Assembly (NCBI GenBank): GCA_028534125.1
Contig: CM052817.1
Coordinates: forward strand, 63,490,001 to 63,554,000
Source: Lama glama
Taxonomy: Eukaryota
Reading direction: 5' to 3'
DNA: 64,000 nt
The position numbers were made by a program, and so were the translations under genes. The notes beneath the pieces are model-generated. The model was not told the origin of the DNA. It made no database searches and saw only the letters and a program-made list of their open reading frames with translations. Below are positions 40,221-52,130 of the stretch, piece by piece. The number at the start of each line of letters is the position of its first letter. Within the stretch, counting starts at the first letter, position 1.

Positions 40221-40884
40221 CTAAAGGTGAGTTCATTTCTTGGCTCCTTCCATCTTCAAAGGGGCTCAAGCCCTTCTCACATTTCATGTTTTTCTGCCTC
40301 ATCTATCCACTGCCCTTCTGTTGCATCTCTCTGACAACAGCCAGAGAATTTTCTGTTTTTAAGGGTTCATAGGATTGGGTTGAGCACAGCTGGATAATCC
40401 AGGCCAATCTCCCTGTCTCAAAAACTAGTATCTTAATCATATTTACAAAGTCCCGTCTGCTATGGAACAAGAACATATCCTCAGGTGTGGGGGATCAGAG
40501 AGCAGCCATCTTTGGGGGGGTTTGTTATTCTGCCTACCAAACTAGTCTTCCAATAAGCTAAATTATAATTTAATAGACAGCTGCATGGGGCCACAAACAA
40601 ACATCTTTAAATTGGGGGAAATGGTGTCTCAAAGGAGTTTTCGGTTGTGTAATTTATGTGATCTTTGTTTAGAACTGATTCCATCAGCCCAAAGTAGGGC
40701 ATGCAGTCTCGATTAAACAGTAACAGTTCAAAGCAGAAAAGCACATAACTTATTACATCACTTTCTTTTCCTCTCTTGCCTGTTTGAAAGCCTCCCTGTA
40801 GTTATCAACCTTCAAGTTTTGTTCTTAGTATCAAGTTATTTAACAATGACACATTCTTCTTTTTTTCACTCTTTACTGACTCTT

Positions 40885-42009
40885 TTTAAATTGTGATAAA
40901 ATTTACATAACATAAAACATTAAATTTTAACCATCTGTACAATTCAGTGGTATAAAGTACACACACAATGTGTATCTGTCACTACCATCTATTTCCAGAA
41001 CTTCATTATCATTTCAAATGAAAACTCTGTAACCATTAAGCAGTAACTCCCTACTGCCCCTTCCTCCCAGCTGGTAAGAATTTCTGTCCCTAAGAATTTG
41101 CTTATCCTACATACCTCATCAGTGGAATTAGACAATAGTTTTTCTATTGTGTCTGGCTTATTTCACTTAGCATAATGTTTTCAGGGTCCATCCATGTGTA
41201 GTGTGCTTCAAAACATCATTCCTTTTGATTGCTGAATCACATGTGTGTGTGTCACATTTTGTTTATCTAATCTGTTCACAGGCACTTGGGTTTCTTTTAC
41301 CTTTTGGCTTTTGTGAAAATGTTACTATGAATATAAGTGTACAGATGTCTCTCTGAGTCCATATTTTCAATTCTTTCAGGTATATAACTAGAAGTGTACT
41401 TGAAGAATTATTACTAAAATAATTCTATTTTTTTTTATTTTTGAGGACCCACTGTACTGTTTTCCATAGCGGATGCACCATTTCACATTGCTACCAACAG
41501 TGCAATTCCAATTTTTCCATATCCTTGCCAACACTTACTTTCCGGGGTTTGTTTTTATGATAATAAGCCATCCTACTGAGTGAGGTAGTATTTCATTATG
41601 ATGTTGATTTGTATTTCCCTAGTTATTAGTAATGTTATCTTTTCATTTTTTATTGACCATTTGTATATTTTCTTTGGAGAAATGTCTGTCCAAGTCCTTT
41701 GCCCATTTTATAATTGAATTGTTTTTTTCCTTCTGCTGTCAAGTTGTGGGTGTTTTTTAGTGTCAATATTAAAACCACATTAGATATATGACTTGCAAGA
41801 TGTTTTCTCCCATTCTGTGGGTTGTCTTTTCATTCTTATGCACAATAGTTTTTAATTTTGATGAAGTCCAGTGTATTTTTTTCTTTGTGATTTTTGATGT
41901 CATTTGAAAAATCATTGCCAAATTCAAGGTCATGAAGATTTTCCTCTTTTTTTCCCCTGAGAACTTTCTAGTATTAGCTCTTGAAATGGATCAAAGACCT
42001 AAATTTAAG
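40885..42009 (-). mobile_element. L1 (L1MB/L1MA10-like) 3' 1.1 kb with short 5' inversion
   Basis: Antisense L1 3' UTR and ORF2 end (gtctggcttatttcacttagcataatgttttc; ttctttggagaaatgtct); degenerate 13-bp TSD at 40872-40884 / 42012-42024. Confidence 0.9.
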
Positions 42010-42349
42010 TTTTCACTTACTCTTAAGCTTATGGTATAAGCTCTTTTGTTTTTCAGTATTTCAATTCAGATAGCAAAAAGTGTTGTCTTTTTTTTTTTTT
42101 TAATGGATTGCTAGCAAAAAGGATTTCCCCTTAAGTTTTAAATGAAAACCTAGGGAATGAACAGTGTTTGATTACTTGAAAGCTGTATTTATTTTAATAA
42201 ATGTAATGAAGAAGGAAGATACAGATGCTTTATAAACTATGGCCACTGACCTTTTTTCTCATTAGGTTTAAAAATGTACACATGGAAATCTAAGGAGCTA
42301 AATTTTCTTACCCTTGCTAAGAAAGTTGTTAAATCTGAACATTTATTAT

Positions 42350-42910
42350 TGTATAATAAAGGATTTGGCTGGCCTTGTCCCCAGTTCTTAGGAAATAACC
42401 TCAAAAGTCTTGGAGCTTCCCAAGTGATAGGAGTATCTTTATTATCCAGGGTGGGCCCCTGGACCACATTTGATAGTATATGCTAACAAGGTGACTCATG
42501 GTACCCATTAGATAGTTTATGGTGATGAGGTGACTTAAAATAGGGGTTGGCCATGCCAGAAAGACCAATCATGAGATTGGAGAGTTTTGAGCCAGGTGAT
42601 TTCAATCCTAACTCTGAGGAGTGTAGGGAGCATGGAGATTGAGTTCAGCCACACGGCCAATGTTTTGATCAGTCACGCTCACAGAATGAAGACTCAATGA
42701 AAACTTTGGACACCGCAGCCTGGGTGAAGTACCCTGGTTGAGAATACTTTTTGAGTATTGTCACACTTTGATTCTGAGAAGGTAACATATCCCTGGAAAC
42801 TTTGCATTTGGAACTTTCCCCAATTTTGCCCTATGTATCTCTCCTTTTGGCTGGTTCTAGTTTGTATACTGTTGCTCTAATAATAAAACTAATGCTAAGA
42901 ATGGTGCTTT
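42350..42910 (+). mobile_element. MER21-like LTR, 3' end truncated
   Basis: tgtataataaaggatttggctggccttgtcccc..ggccatgccagaaagaccaa..ggagattgagttc..aataaaact. Confidence 0.8.
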
Positions 42911-44409
42911 TAATAATAAGTTTTTTGAGAAAAAGACTCACTGGTAAATTTAAAGGAAGGTTAATGGAAATAAAAGACAATTAATGGAAGAGAGCAGAGA
43001 TGGAGTCAAGGGTTCAAGTGGAGAGTTAACTCTTACAATTAATGTATGAGAAAGAAAGATTACTCTGGGCTTCAGTGATCCAAGAGAACTTCCTGGAGGT
43101 GTCAAATCTCATTCAGGACCTTGAAGGTAGACCAAAATGAATGAGAGAGAAGATGTGAGCTTTCCAGGCAGGGAAACAATGTGAGCACAGTCACACAAAC
43201 TGCTCATCAGTTTTAAGAGAAGCTTCATGATGTGAGGATCTAGAGGCGCAAATTGAAACTGAGATACAGTTTTACTTTTTCCGAGAATTTCTCTCCTAAA
43301 TTAAATGATGAAAGTCTGATAGCCAATGGAATGGAGTAGGCATATTGCTGTGTTTTTCTTATTAGTGTATAAAAGACTGAGCATTAAAAAGATCGTATGC
43401 CACAAACATACCACTTAGGCTCACCATGGAACTAGGATACTTAGGGGATTTTTTCCTTTTTATTTTTAATTGTAGGCTAATTTAATTTTTTTCTTATAAA
43501 AGTGTACAAGTATGGCATAAAAGCTAATTGTAATAAAGATTATATAAAGAAGCAAATAAAATCATTTATACTGCTTCAATCTAGAGATAAGTCATTATAG
43601 ATAATAACTGTCTATTTTTAGGTAAATATCCTTCCAGTCTATGCATTTTTTTACATAATTGAGATATAGACAGAAATAGAGAATTCTCCTTTAATTGCAT
43701 AAATTTATATATATGCAGTTTCCCGTGTCTTTAAAAATAGTCTCATTTTGAAGGACTGAAAAATATGCTCTAATATATTTAGTCATCTGCATATTATTAA
43801 ATAGTTTGTGTTCCATTTTCACAATTCCAAATAATATTTATGTACATAAATTAATATATATTCTATACATCATTGCAGATTATTACCTTAAATATCTAGG
43901 CATTATATTACAGAAACAATGAGTGGAACTGGAACAAAAATCTTACTTTGACAATCAAATATTTGCAGAATTTGTTTTATATAATTCAGTGAATGACCAT
44001 GAATCAAACCCATACCCTCAGATACACAAAGGGAAGACTACTTTTCTCCTCTTGGAGTTATCTCTTTGATACTGTAATGTTAGAATGAGCTTGTGGAAAA
44101 TTATTTTGTGAAAGCACTTTGTTCAGCTGAGCTAAATGAAAAGAAATAGTTTTACCAGATACCTGGAACACTGGTGCATATTCAATATAATGCAGGTAAC
44201 TAAAAATGATTTATAATGATTTATAATTTAGAATGAGAAGCACATTCTATCAAGGAGCATCCACAGGAGAATGCTTACCAGGAATCTCAGTCTGCCTGCA
44301 CCTCCCAAACCCACTGCCAAAAACTAAGAGCGAGCTCCTTATTACCCAGTAGCTTAATGTAAATCCCGTGACAAAACTCCTAGGTTCGTAGGTAGGCAGG
44401 TAGGTATAT

Positions 44410-44821
44410 CCTTTTATATATCAACGTGACTAGATGAGGGTGTCCAGTTTTTTGGCAATATCAGTTTAGATACTGCTGTGAAGGTATTTTTTAGATGTGA
44501 TTAACATTTAAATCAGTAGGCTTTGAGTAAAGCAGTTACCCTCCATAATGTGGGTGTTCCTCCTCCAGTCGGTTGAAGGTTTAAGAGACAAAAGGAAGGC
44601 TTTCTCCCTCTAGATTGAACTTCCAACTCAAGTGTACAGCATCCACTCCTCTTGCTGGGATATAGGGATTTACCTGTATCTATATATTAATCCTATTGGT
44701 TCTTATTTAGTTATTATGTGTGTGTGTGTGTAGAGAGAGTGACAAAGAACATAGGATAGGAGATAAATCTAAATTTATTTATCCTTTTGTTTTTTTTCTC
44801 TGGAGAACCCTGACTAATACA
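44410..44821 (+). mobile_element. MLT2-type ERVL LTR with internal (TG)n
   Basis: gctgtgaaggtattttttagatgtgattaacatttaaatcagtag..ctttgagtaaagcag..ctggagaaccctgactaataca. Confidence 0.88.
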
Positions 44822-44889
44822 AGTAGTTAAGTGAATGGAAAGATGGCCAGACAAAGAGGTGTTGCTCCCAAGTGATATGACAATGTGTG

Positions 44890-45425
44890 TTGAAAATTCT
44901 TTGGAATAATAGTCAAAAGACTGGGGTTTGAGTTTTGGCTCTAGCATTTACAAGTTGTGCAGCCACAGAAAAGTCTTTTAACCTCTCTGAGTTAGTTTCC
45001 TCATCTATAAAATAAATCAATAGTCTCTCTGCCCATCTTGCCAGGCTGTTATGATTACTGATAAAAATAACAGGATAAAGTCTGCTAATATTGATTGCGT
45101 GCTAATGATGAGCCATGCAGTGGTACTCATTTTGCACATATTATCTCATTTAATCCTCAACAAAAACCTTCCAGGTAGATACAATTATCTTCATAGACAA
45201 AATCTCAGCCCAGATGTTATTTGCTCAGAGACCTTCTCGATTTTCTTACCTAAAGTAGGGCCCCTTCTATGCAGCTTTCACTCATCTCCCTATTTCATTG
45301 CTTAAGAGCACTAATCACAATTTAAGATTTTCTTGCTTAAATGGCTTTTTTACTGTTTCACTATTAGTCTGGCAGAGAGGAGGCTCTCATTTAATATTTG
45401 AAATATGAATGAGTGAATGAAACTT
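44890..45425. mobile_element. Cluster: MIR (+), MIR (-), L2 3' fragment (+)
   Basis: aacctctctgagttagtttcctcatctataaaat; atctcatttaatcctcacaa-like; gaatgagtgaatga tail. Confidence 0.65.
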
Positions 45426-47865
45426 TGGGAAGCTATGAGTATAATGATAATTCAACATATGCAGCCATTCTAACATTTAGAAGTAAAGACTCCAGAGATG
45501 AGCAGTCCTGCAGTTACACTGATGCACTAGTGACGGGGCCTGAAAGATCCATCTCCACTCCTTCTGAAGGAGCCTGAAACACAAAGCCTCTTCCCTAGTT
45601 CTCACCTCCGTTATCCTCTGGAACCTGAGGGCAAGGAAGCCTGGCTAAGAAGGGAGTTGCACTCCAGGACAGTACTTTTCCCAGTGCAGCCTCACTCTGG
45701 AGAAGATATTTAGTACATGGTGATTTTGGCCTCTTCCATCATAATAGCCCTTGTAATGTACCCTAGTCCTTCAGTAATACAGTCCTTTGGCCCTGCTGTC
45801 TTGGCGTTATGGTCTTAGTTTTCTTTGAAGGAACCTGATGACAAGGAGGATGACCTCCACCTCTCCACTAACTCCCGTGGACAGTTTGTGCCTGAGAGAG
45901 GAGGAGTTCTGGAGGTCAGCATCACCATAAGTGAAGGCTCCAGAGATGCTGGGCACATGTGCAAATCAAAAGGACCAAGATCTGCATTTCCCCACCACAG
46001 TCTAGGGTGAGCCAACCTAAAAAACAAAACAGCAGCTGGAGGAGGAGTGTGGGAAGAGGTATTTAAACTGCAGTTTTACTGGTGGGGAAACTGATCAGGC
46101 AGGTCATGAGTTGTCCAGGTTTACATGTTAGTGACCAAGGGTGGTCTAAAACTCTTAATTCTTTCCACCGTATGGTGCTTCACTTTTTTTCTTGATTGAC
46201 AATGAGTATTACAAAGCTTGTTCTCAGTGAATACACTTAAATAATAAAGAGAAGAAATGATATTTCAGAATATGATAGATGAATACCTGCATTTGGCAAG
46301 ACATTCTCTTCCCAGAGGCTTAATTAGGTTATAATTTCAAAAGATTCTTCATGTGATTTTCTGAAGGTGCCTCTACTATATTTTCATGCTTCATTTCTTA
46401 CCCACTGAAATGGAGTTGCAAATAGTCTAGCAGCTGTTACAATCAGGCATCACATTTGCCTTTTATTTATAATCCTGTAGAAATTCTGATAGTCAGTCTT
46501 ATCTTTAAATGCAAATTCAAAGTAAAAATATTTCCCACCCTCCATGATTAATGCTTTTGGACACAAGTTGTGGGTGAAGGGCACTTTCTGTTTGGCTCAC
46601 ATTTGGTGTCTTACGGGTTGAATTTCAGTTCTCATCCAGCAAAATTAGGCATTACCAGGTAGCCTGGTGGTTCTCTTCCTATGGAAATTGTGCCTTAAAG
46701 TTGTGTGAATGACTAGTGACACAGTTGAGACCTTCAGGCTGCATGAGACAAACTGAGCTCAGATGGATGTGACACATGCTGGCCCCTCTGTGTTGGAGGG
46801 CAGCTTGTGAGCAGTTGGTCTCATGGCTGACATATTTTTGATGAAAACTCATAATTTCATCAGCTCTTCTTCACTATACACATTCATAACCAGAATCCCT
46901 GAATCCTTCCTTTCTGTTATTTTATATCACTTTTGCACTATTTTATCATTTTTACCTCCTATGCCCTTACCCTAAACTCATTTTTCATCATTTTTGAACA
47001 AATCATTCATATAAAGAAAACTTTCTTTTAATGCATATTTGACATGCTGTATTTTTACAAGAGTGTAACAAAAATGTGGAAGCTGCTATGAAGTATGCAT
47101 GGATTCCCATAGGACTTACTTTTATATTTCTTTTTATAAGACAGGATAATCCACTGAAATAAAATTTTTCACAGTGTAACGGTGAGAACAGTAGCCATCT
47201 AGTTAAATCTTTCCCTAGGTGACAGATATCAGCTGAAAAGGTCTAGGTGGGCTCCAGGTAACATTCAGTCCACTCTTTCTCTAATTTTCATTCATCTTAC
47301 TTTAAACAAAGAGGGAGGAGGGATCACTTATTTGGGGAAGTTTAAAGAAAGCTGTAAAAGTAGCCACCAGTGACAGGTGAAACACGTTCCATAGGATGAA
47401 ACAGAATGTACAGAAACAGCAAGTGCCTGTTGTTTCAATATTCCCTTCAAATATGTTAATGAAAAGACTGAAATGAGGCAAAACTAATGTAAATACCGTG
47501 CTCTGTACTGAGAGGAAAATATTTATAAATCAGGATCACTCTTGGGAGAATATGCTTATAAAAATGGACCACACCCACATGAATGTTTTCAGAAATCCTC
47601 AGTCTCTCAAGATACATCCTGCCAGTGACCTGATCTCACCCACTTCCCTGCTACCACCTGTGACCAAAACACTGTGAACTCACACCTCAGTTACATCAGC
47701 AGCATAACTGCCTTGGCTCTGCCCCTTTCCTTTGCAGTGTTTTAAAGGATCCTTTTAAAATAGAAATCAAGTCTTATCAATCTTTAGCTCAAATTGGCAG
47801 TCCCTGTCACTCAGGGTGAAGGCTTCCCAATGGCCTAAAAAGCCTCACTGGATATAGAACTTGGT

Positions 47866-48286
47866 GTTGTGATGAGCTATTGCTGTGTAACAGAGTACCC
47901 CACAGTGATCTTTTTATTTTCGCTCATGGTTCTTCCTCAGGTCCTCTCCGGAGTGGTGGTGGGGGCTGGAGTATCTGACGGGCTTTCCCAGTTGGAAGTC
48001 TGACAACTAATCCTGGCTGTCAGTGGTCTGTTAGCTGCAGTGCACACGCGGCCTCTCCACATGGCCTGCACTTCTCATAGCCTGGCAGTTCTGTCCCCAG
48101 AGGAAGCATCCCAGGGAACAATAAGCAGAAGGTGCCAGTTTCTTCTGATGACACTAGGTCTGACTGGACCTAGAAACTGGCACAGCGTAACTTCAGCCAC
48201 ATCGCTAGTCAATCAGTAGACCTAGGCCCCACCTCTCCATGAGGGGAGTGTCAAAAGACTTTGAGAATTATGTTTTAAAGCCACCA
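47866..48286 (-). mobile_element. MaLR LTR (MLT1H/G-like) nested in L2 fragment (47610-48430)
   Basis: gagctattgctgtgtaaca..ggcctctccacatggc..ccccacctctccatgaggggagtgtcaaa..ttttaaagccacca. Confidence 0.75.
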
Positions 48287-49159
48287 GAGCTGGCTATCCC
48301 CTAGACCTCACCCCTATATCTCATCTCCGCCCTCACTCAATTCTAGCCATACTCACTCCCTTGCTGGTCCTTGAACACAGGAACCAGGCCCCTTCCTTGA
48401 GCCTTTGTACCACTGTGCCTCCCCACCCCCCACTCCCGCCTTGACCACATGCATTGTGTAAATTCCACAGTGTTCCTGAAAGCTAACTCTAAAATTTTTC
48501 CCTTGAAACTGCTATTTTCTATACTAGCTTATTCATTTCTTAAAGAACCTTCATCTAACTCTTCCTTTGATATGCTTAATGAACCAAGTCATTACTGAAT
48601 ATAGAGTGGGTTGAAGGGTGATTAATCATTGATATTTATAATAATGACTTAGAGTACAGAAATAACCTTGACTCATCAAAAATTAAATTACATTTGGTAT
48701 GATACAATTAGTAAAGCAAGGCCCATGTTATTTTCATGTTAAGATTTTCAATAATAAATATTGATATGAAGAGAAAATTCTGGTTAACTAAGGGTTAACC
48801 TGAAAATGATTTAAAATACTTCTTTTAGGTTTCTTTTCATTCAAGTTTCCACTGAAATAAACATGTAAAGCTGTATCATAATAGATGAAAATTGTATCTT
48901 GTGTTTTATCTTATTTATACTTGAGTATTATGTTCAAGGCTTTTTGCTGGAAAGTGATGTGATAGTTTGTTCAAAGATACATTTTCTTTTTGCTGTCTTA
49001 GGAACTGACAATCAAAAACATTATAAATGGATGAACATTTTCAGGCCTTTAACAAGGTAATTGAGAAATACATCCTTGGTGAAGAAGTATGAAACACAGG
49101 AGAGTAACACAGTGTTACAGGAACGTCCTTTGATGAACGATGGAGGAGGAAGGGCTAGA

Positions 49160-50345
49160 GCATAATCATCCTATGTCGCTCCTCATGTCCAATTAACGCT
49201 AAGTGCTCTCTGTTCAACCTCTCCAATCTGTCCCCTTGCTTCCACCAGAGCACCAGCACCTTGAATTATGGCGTCATCATTTTGCAGTCCACTATGCTAA
49301 CAATTTCCTAAATGGTTTCCAAGACTCCTGTCTTGCCCCCTGAAGTTCACTTTTCACATTGTCACCAGGATAATATTTCTTAAAACAAAACTGAATCATG
49401 CAGTGACACCATTCCTGTCTTAAAACCCTTCAGTAGTTCTCTGCTGGCCTAAAAGGACAGAAAAATTTTAACTCCCCAGTGTGACATCTAGTCTTTTATG
49501 GCCTTGCCCCTGCATCCCTCTTCAGTTCCACCCTTCTCCCCTCCCTCCCACGCTGGCCACTGAAGATTCACTCATCCTGAAACACTAGAAGTTCCCTGAA
49601 AAAGCCATGCCTTCCTTACCTTCCAGCCTTTGCTTTTGTTACTCCTGTCAAAACACCTCTTCACTTCCCTTTCTTTTCTGTGGGAACATGTAAATGTGTT
49701 AGCATCTGCCCATTATCCAGCCTTCTCTAGATACATGAATTGGGAGCAGTGAATACACAAAATTATGAGCAAGTCAGATGCTTCCAGACGAACTAGGACC
49801 AAAACCAGGAAGGACTGATCAGATGAGCGGGCACACACATTCCCAGGGTTAAAGGAAGGTCCAAGTGTGTGTTGCAGTGCAAACTGAGCCTTGGCTCAGC
49901 TGCAGCAGGATACACACTCCCTTGCTCTCAAGTAGGAATAAATGAATATGTGTTGTCTCCAGCTTTTGCTGATAAAGAAGGCCCAGTACACATGAGGTCC
50001 CTAGGAAGTTCTTCTATAGCTACATGGGATTTGGTGCTTGTGACTTGCTACCCTACAGCAAGAAACTACTGGATCGCAGTCAGATCTGAGGATTGATAGT
50101 CACCTGCTCTTGGAAGACTTTGCCCACTTCCCCCCGGCCTCTCCTTCCCAGGCTAGGTTAATGCCTCTCTAGGTGCTGGTGGCAGCCTGTTTCTTTCTCT
50201 GCAGAAGACATCGTCAACTTCTATGTAAATTTCTATTTTACCTCTTCCATCTGTCTGTATGGTTTTTAAGGAGAAGAAATATAAATGATTCCTGATCACC
50301 TAGCACAGTGCCTGACACGTAGTAGACTCTGAATAAATAAAACAA
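49160..50345 (+). mobile_element. L2 fragments (with an unidentified ~380-bp insert near 49679-50057)
   Basis: cttaaaacccttcagtagttct; 3' end cacctagcacagtgcctgacacgtagtagactctgaataaat. Confidence 0.65.
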
Positions 50346-51369
50346 ATGATGTCCTGAGACCTTGAAGGACACCACAGTTTGAAACTATCACTACTATATA
50401 TTTATCTTCAAATGCTAGTGAGAGAGATAAGACATGTAGAGGTTAGGACTTCCCTGGACAAGGATACCTTAGCTTACTTGGTGAGAACCTGTGATTCCAA
50501 TATTAGATAACAGCATTATGTTATAACAGTGGTCAGCCTGCATCCTTGCATTATGCCCAGTATGATGATGGCTGTAGGTTTTTCATAGATGCCCTAAATT
50601 AGACTGAGTAAGTTTCCTTTTATTTCTCATTTGCTGAAAGTTGTTATTAAAATGATTAATAAATTTTATCAAATGTCTGTTCTGAGTCTTTTGAGGTTAA
50701 TTTGTGATTTTTTCTTGGTAAAAATTGGTAAAAAAAAAAAAAAGTTAGTGCTGAGCAACTTACCATTTCTGAGATAAACTTTGCTTAATCATGATAGATT
50801 ACCCTTTTTATGTACTGCTTGATTTGATTCAATATATTTTGTTATGGATTTTGTATCTATGTTCACAGGTTTCAGATTTGATGACTGATTATCAATTCAA
50901 GTTCACTAAATCTTTCTCCACCTATGCCCAGACCACATTCACTCATCAAATTCTTTGTTTATATATTTTTTTATCCCTAGGAATCCCATTTGGTTCCTGT
51001 ATAGTTTACATCTCTCTCTATTCCTTTAAGTTGCTAATCTTTCCTCTAGAACACTTAACATTATTTCTCATAGTTATTTAAAGTCTGACTGAAAATTTCA
51101 ACAACTGGGCCATCTCTAAGTCTCATTTTGACTCTTTCCTCTTTTAACTTTTTTTAAACTTTTTTATGTGTCTTAGAAGTTTTTGTCACACGACAGTAAT
51201 TGTGTGTAAAAACAACAACAACCAAAGTAGGACATTAAATAAATAGTATTTGCCACCTAGAAAAGTTTGTGTCTTGGGAAAGGGAGTCTCGTGTTTACAG
51301 TCTTTTGACAACCCCCACCCCCAGCTTCATAAGAATGGCTCTTGGGCCTAGAACACTTCCTCACCAACA

Positions 51370-52130
51370 GAAAGGGAAGCTTCCTTCCCTGTTGGTGGAA
51401 ATATAAATTGGTGTAGTCACTTTGGAAAACTGGGGATTTCTCAAAAAACTAAAAATAGAACTACCATACAATCCAGCAGTTTCATTCCTGGGTATCTTAT
51501 CCAAAACAAACAAAACAAAAACACTAATTTGAAATGATACATGCACTCCATTGTTCATAGCAGCGTTATTTACAATTACAAAGGTATAAAAGCAGTGTGT
51601 CCATCAACAGATGACTAGATAAAGATGATACATATATATGTATCATCACACACACACATGTGTGTGTGTATATGTGTGTGTGTGTGTGCGTGTATATATA
51701 TATACACGCACACACACACACACAATGGAATACTACTCAGCCACAAAAGTAAATGAAATTTTGCCCTCTTCAGCAACATGGGTGGACATAGAGGGCATTA
51801 CGCTAAGTGAAATAAGTAAGTCAGAGAAAGACAAATACTGTATGGTATCACTTATATGTAGAATCTAAAAAATACAACAAAATAGTAAATAAAACAAAAA
51901 AGTAGATTCACAGACATAGAGAACAAACTTGTGGTTACCAGTGGGGAGAGGGAAGGTGGGAGGGTCAATATAGGGGTGGGGCTGGGGATAAAAAGAGAAA
52001 AAAGGGTTACTATGGGATTATGTGAAATCATGTGTATGAAACTTTTGAAAATTGTAAAGCACTATAGGATGTAAAGAATCTTTCATTTGGTTAAAAGAAA
52101 AGTTTAAAAAAAAGACTTAAAAAGAAAAAC
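51370..52130 (+). mobile_element. 5'-truncated L1 3' end (ORF2 C-terminus, 3' UTR, A-rich tail)
   Basis: ORF 51638-51868 contains MEYYSATKVNEILPSSATWVDIEGITLSEIS..KDKYCMVSLIC (ORF2 C-terminus); G-rich 3' UTR at 51942-51988. Confidence 0.92.
51624..51724. repeat. Compound TA/TG/CA microsatellite forming three consecutive perfect palindromes
   Basis: Base-by-base check: 51624-51647, 51648-51669, 51673-51724. Confidence 0.92.

Larger units (their letters stand above)
39505..40540 (-). mobile_element. MaLR LTR (MLT1E-like) split by an ERV1 LTR
   Basis: caccacaatcttagc..aaacaacacaaatgtattgtctcatagttctgtaggtcagaaatcc..; resumes after 40224 and ends ttattctgcctacca. Confidence 0.8.

Noticed and set aside
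51353..51369. Second L1 micro-inversion (acacttcctcaccaaca resembles antisense L1)
   Set aside because: Better explained as part of the interrupted ERVL LTR, which continues colinearly after the L1.
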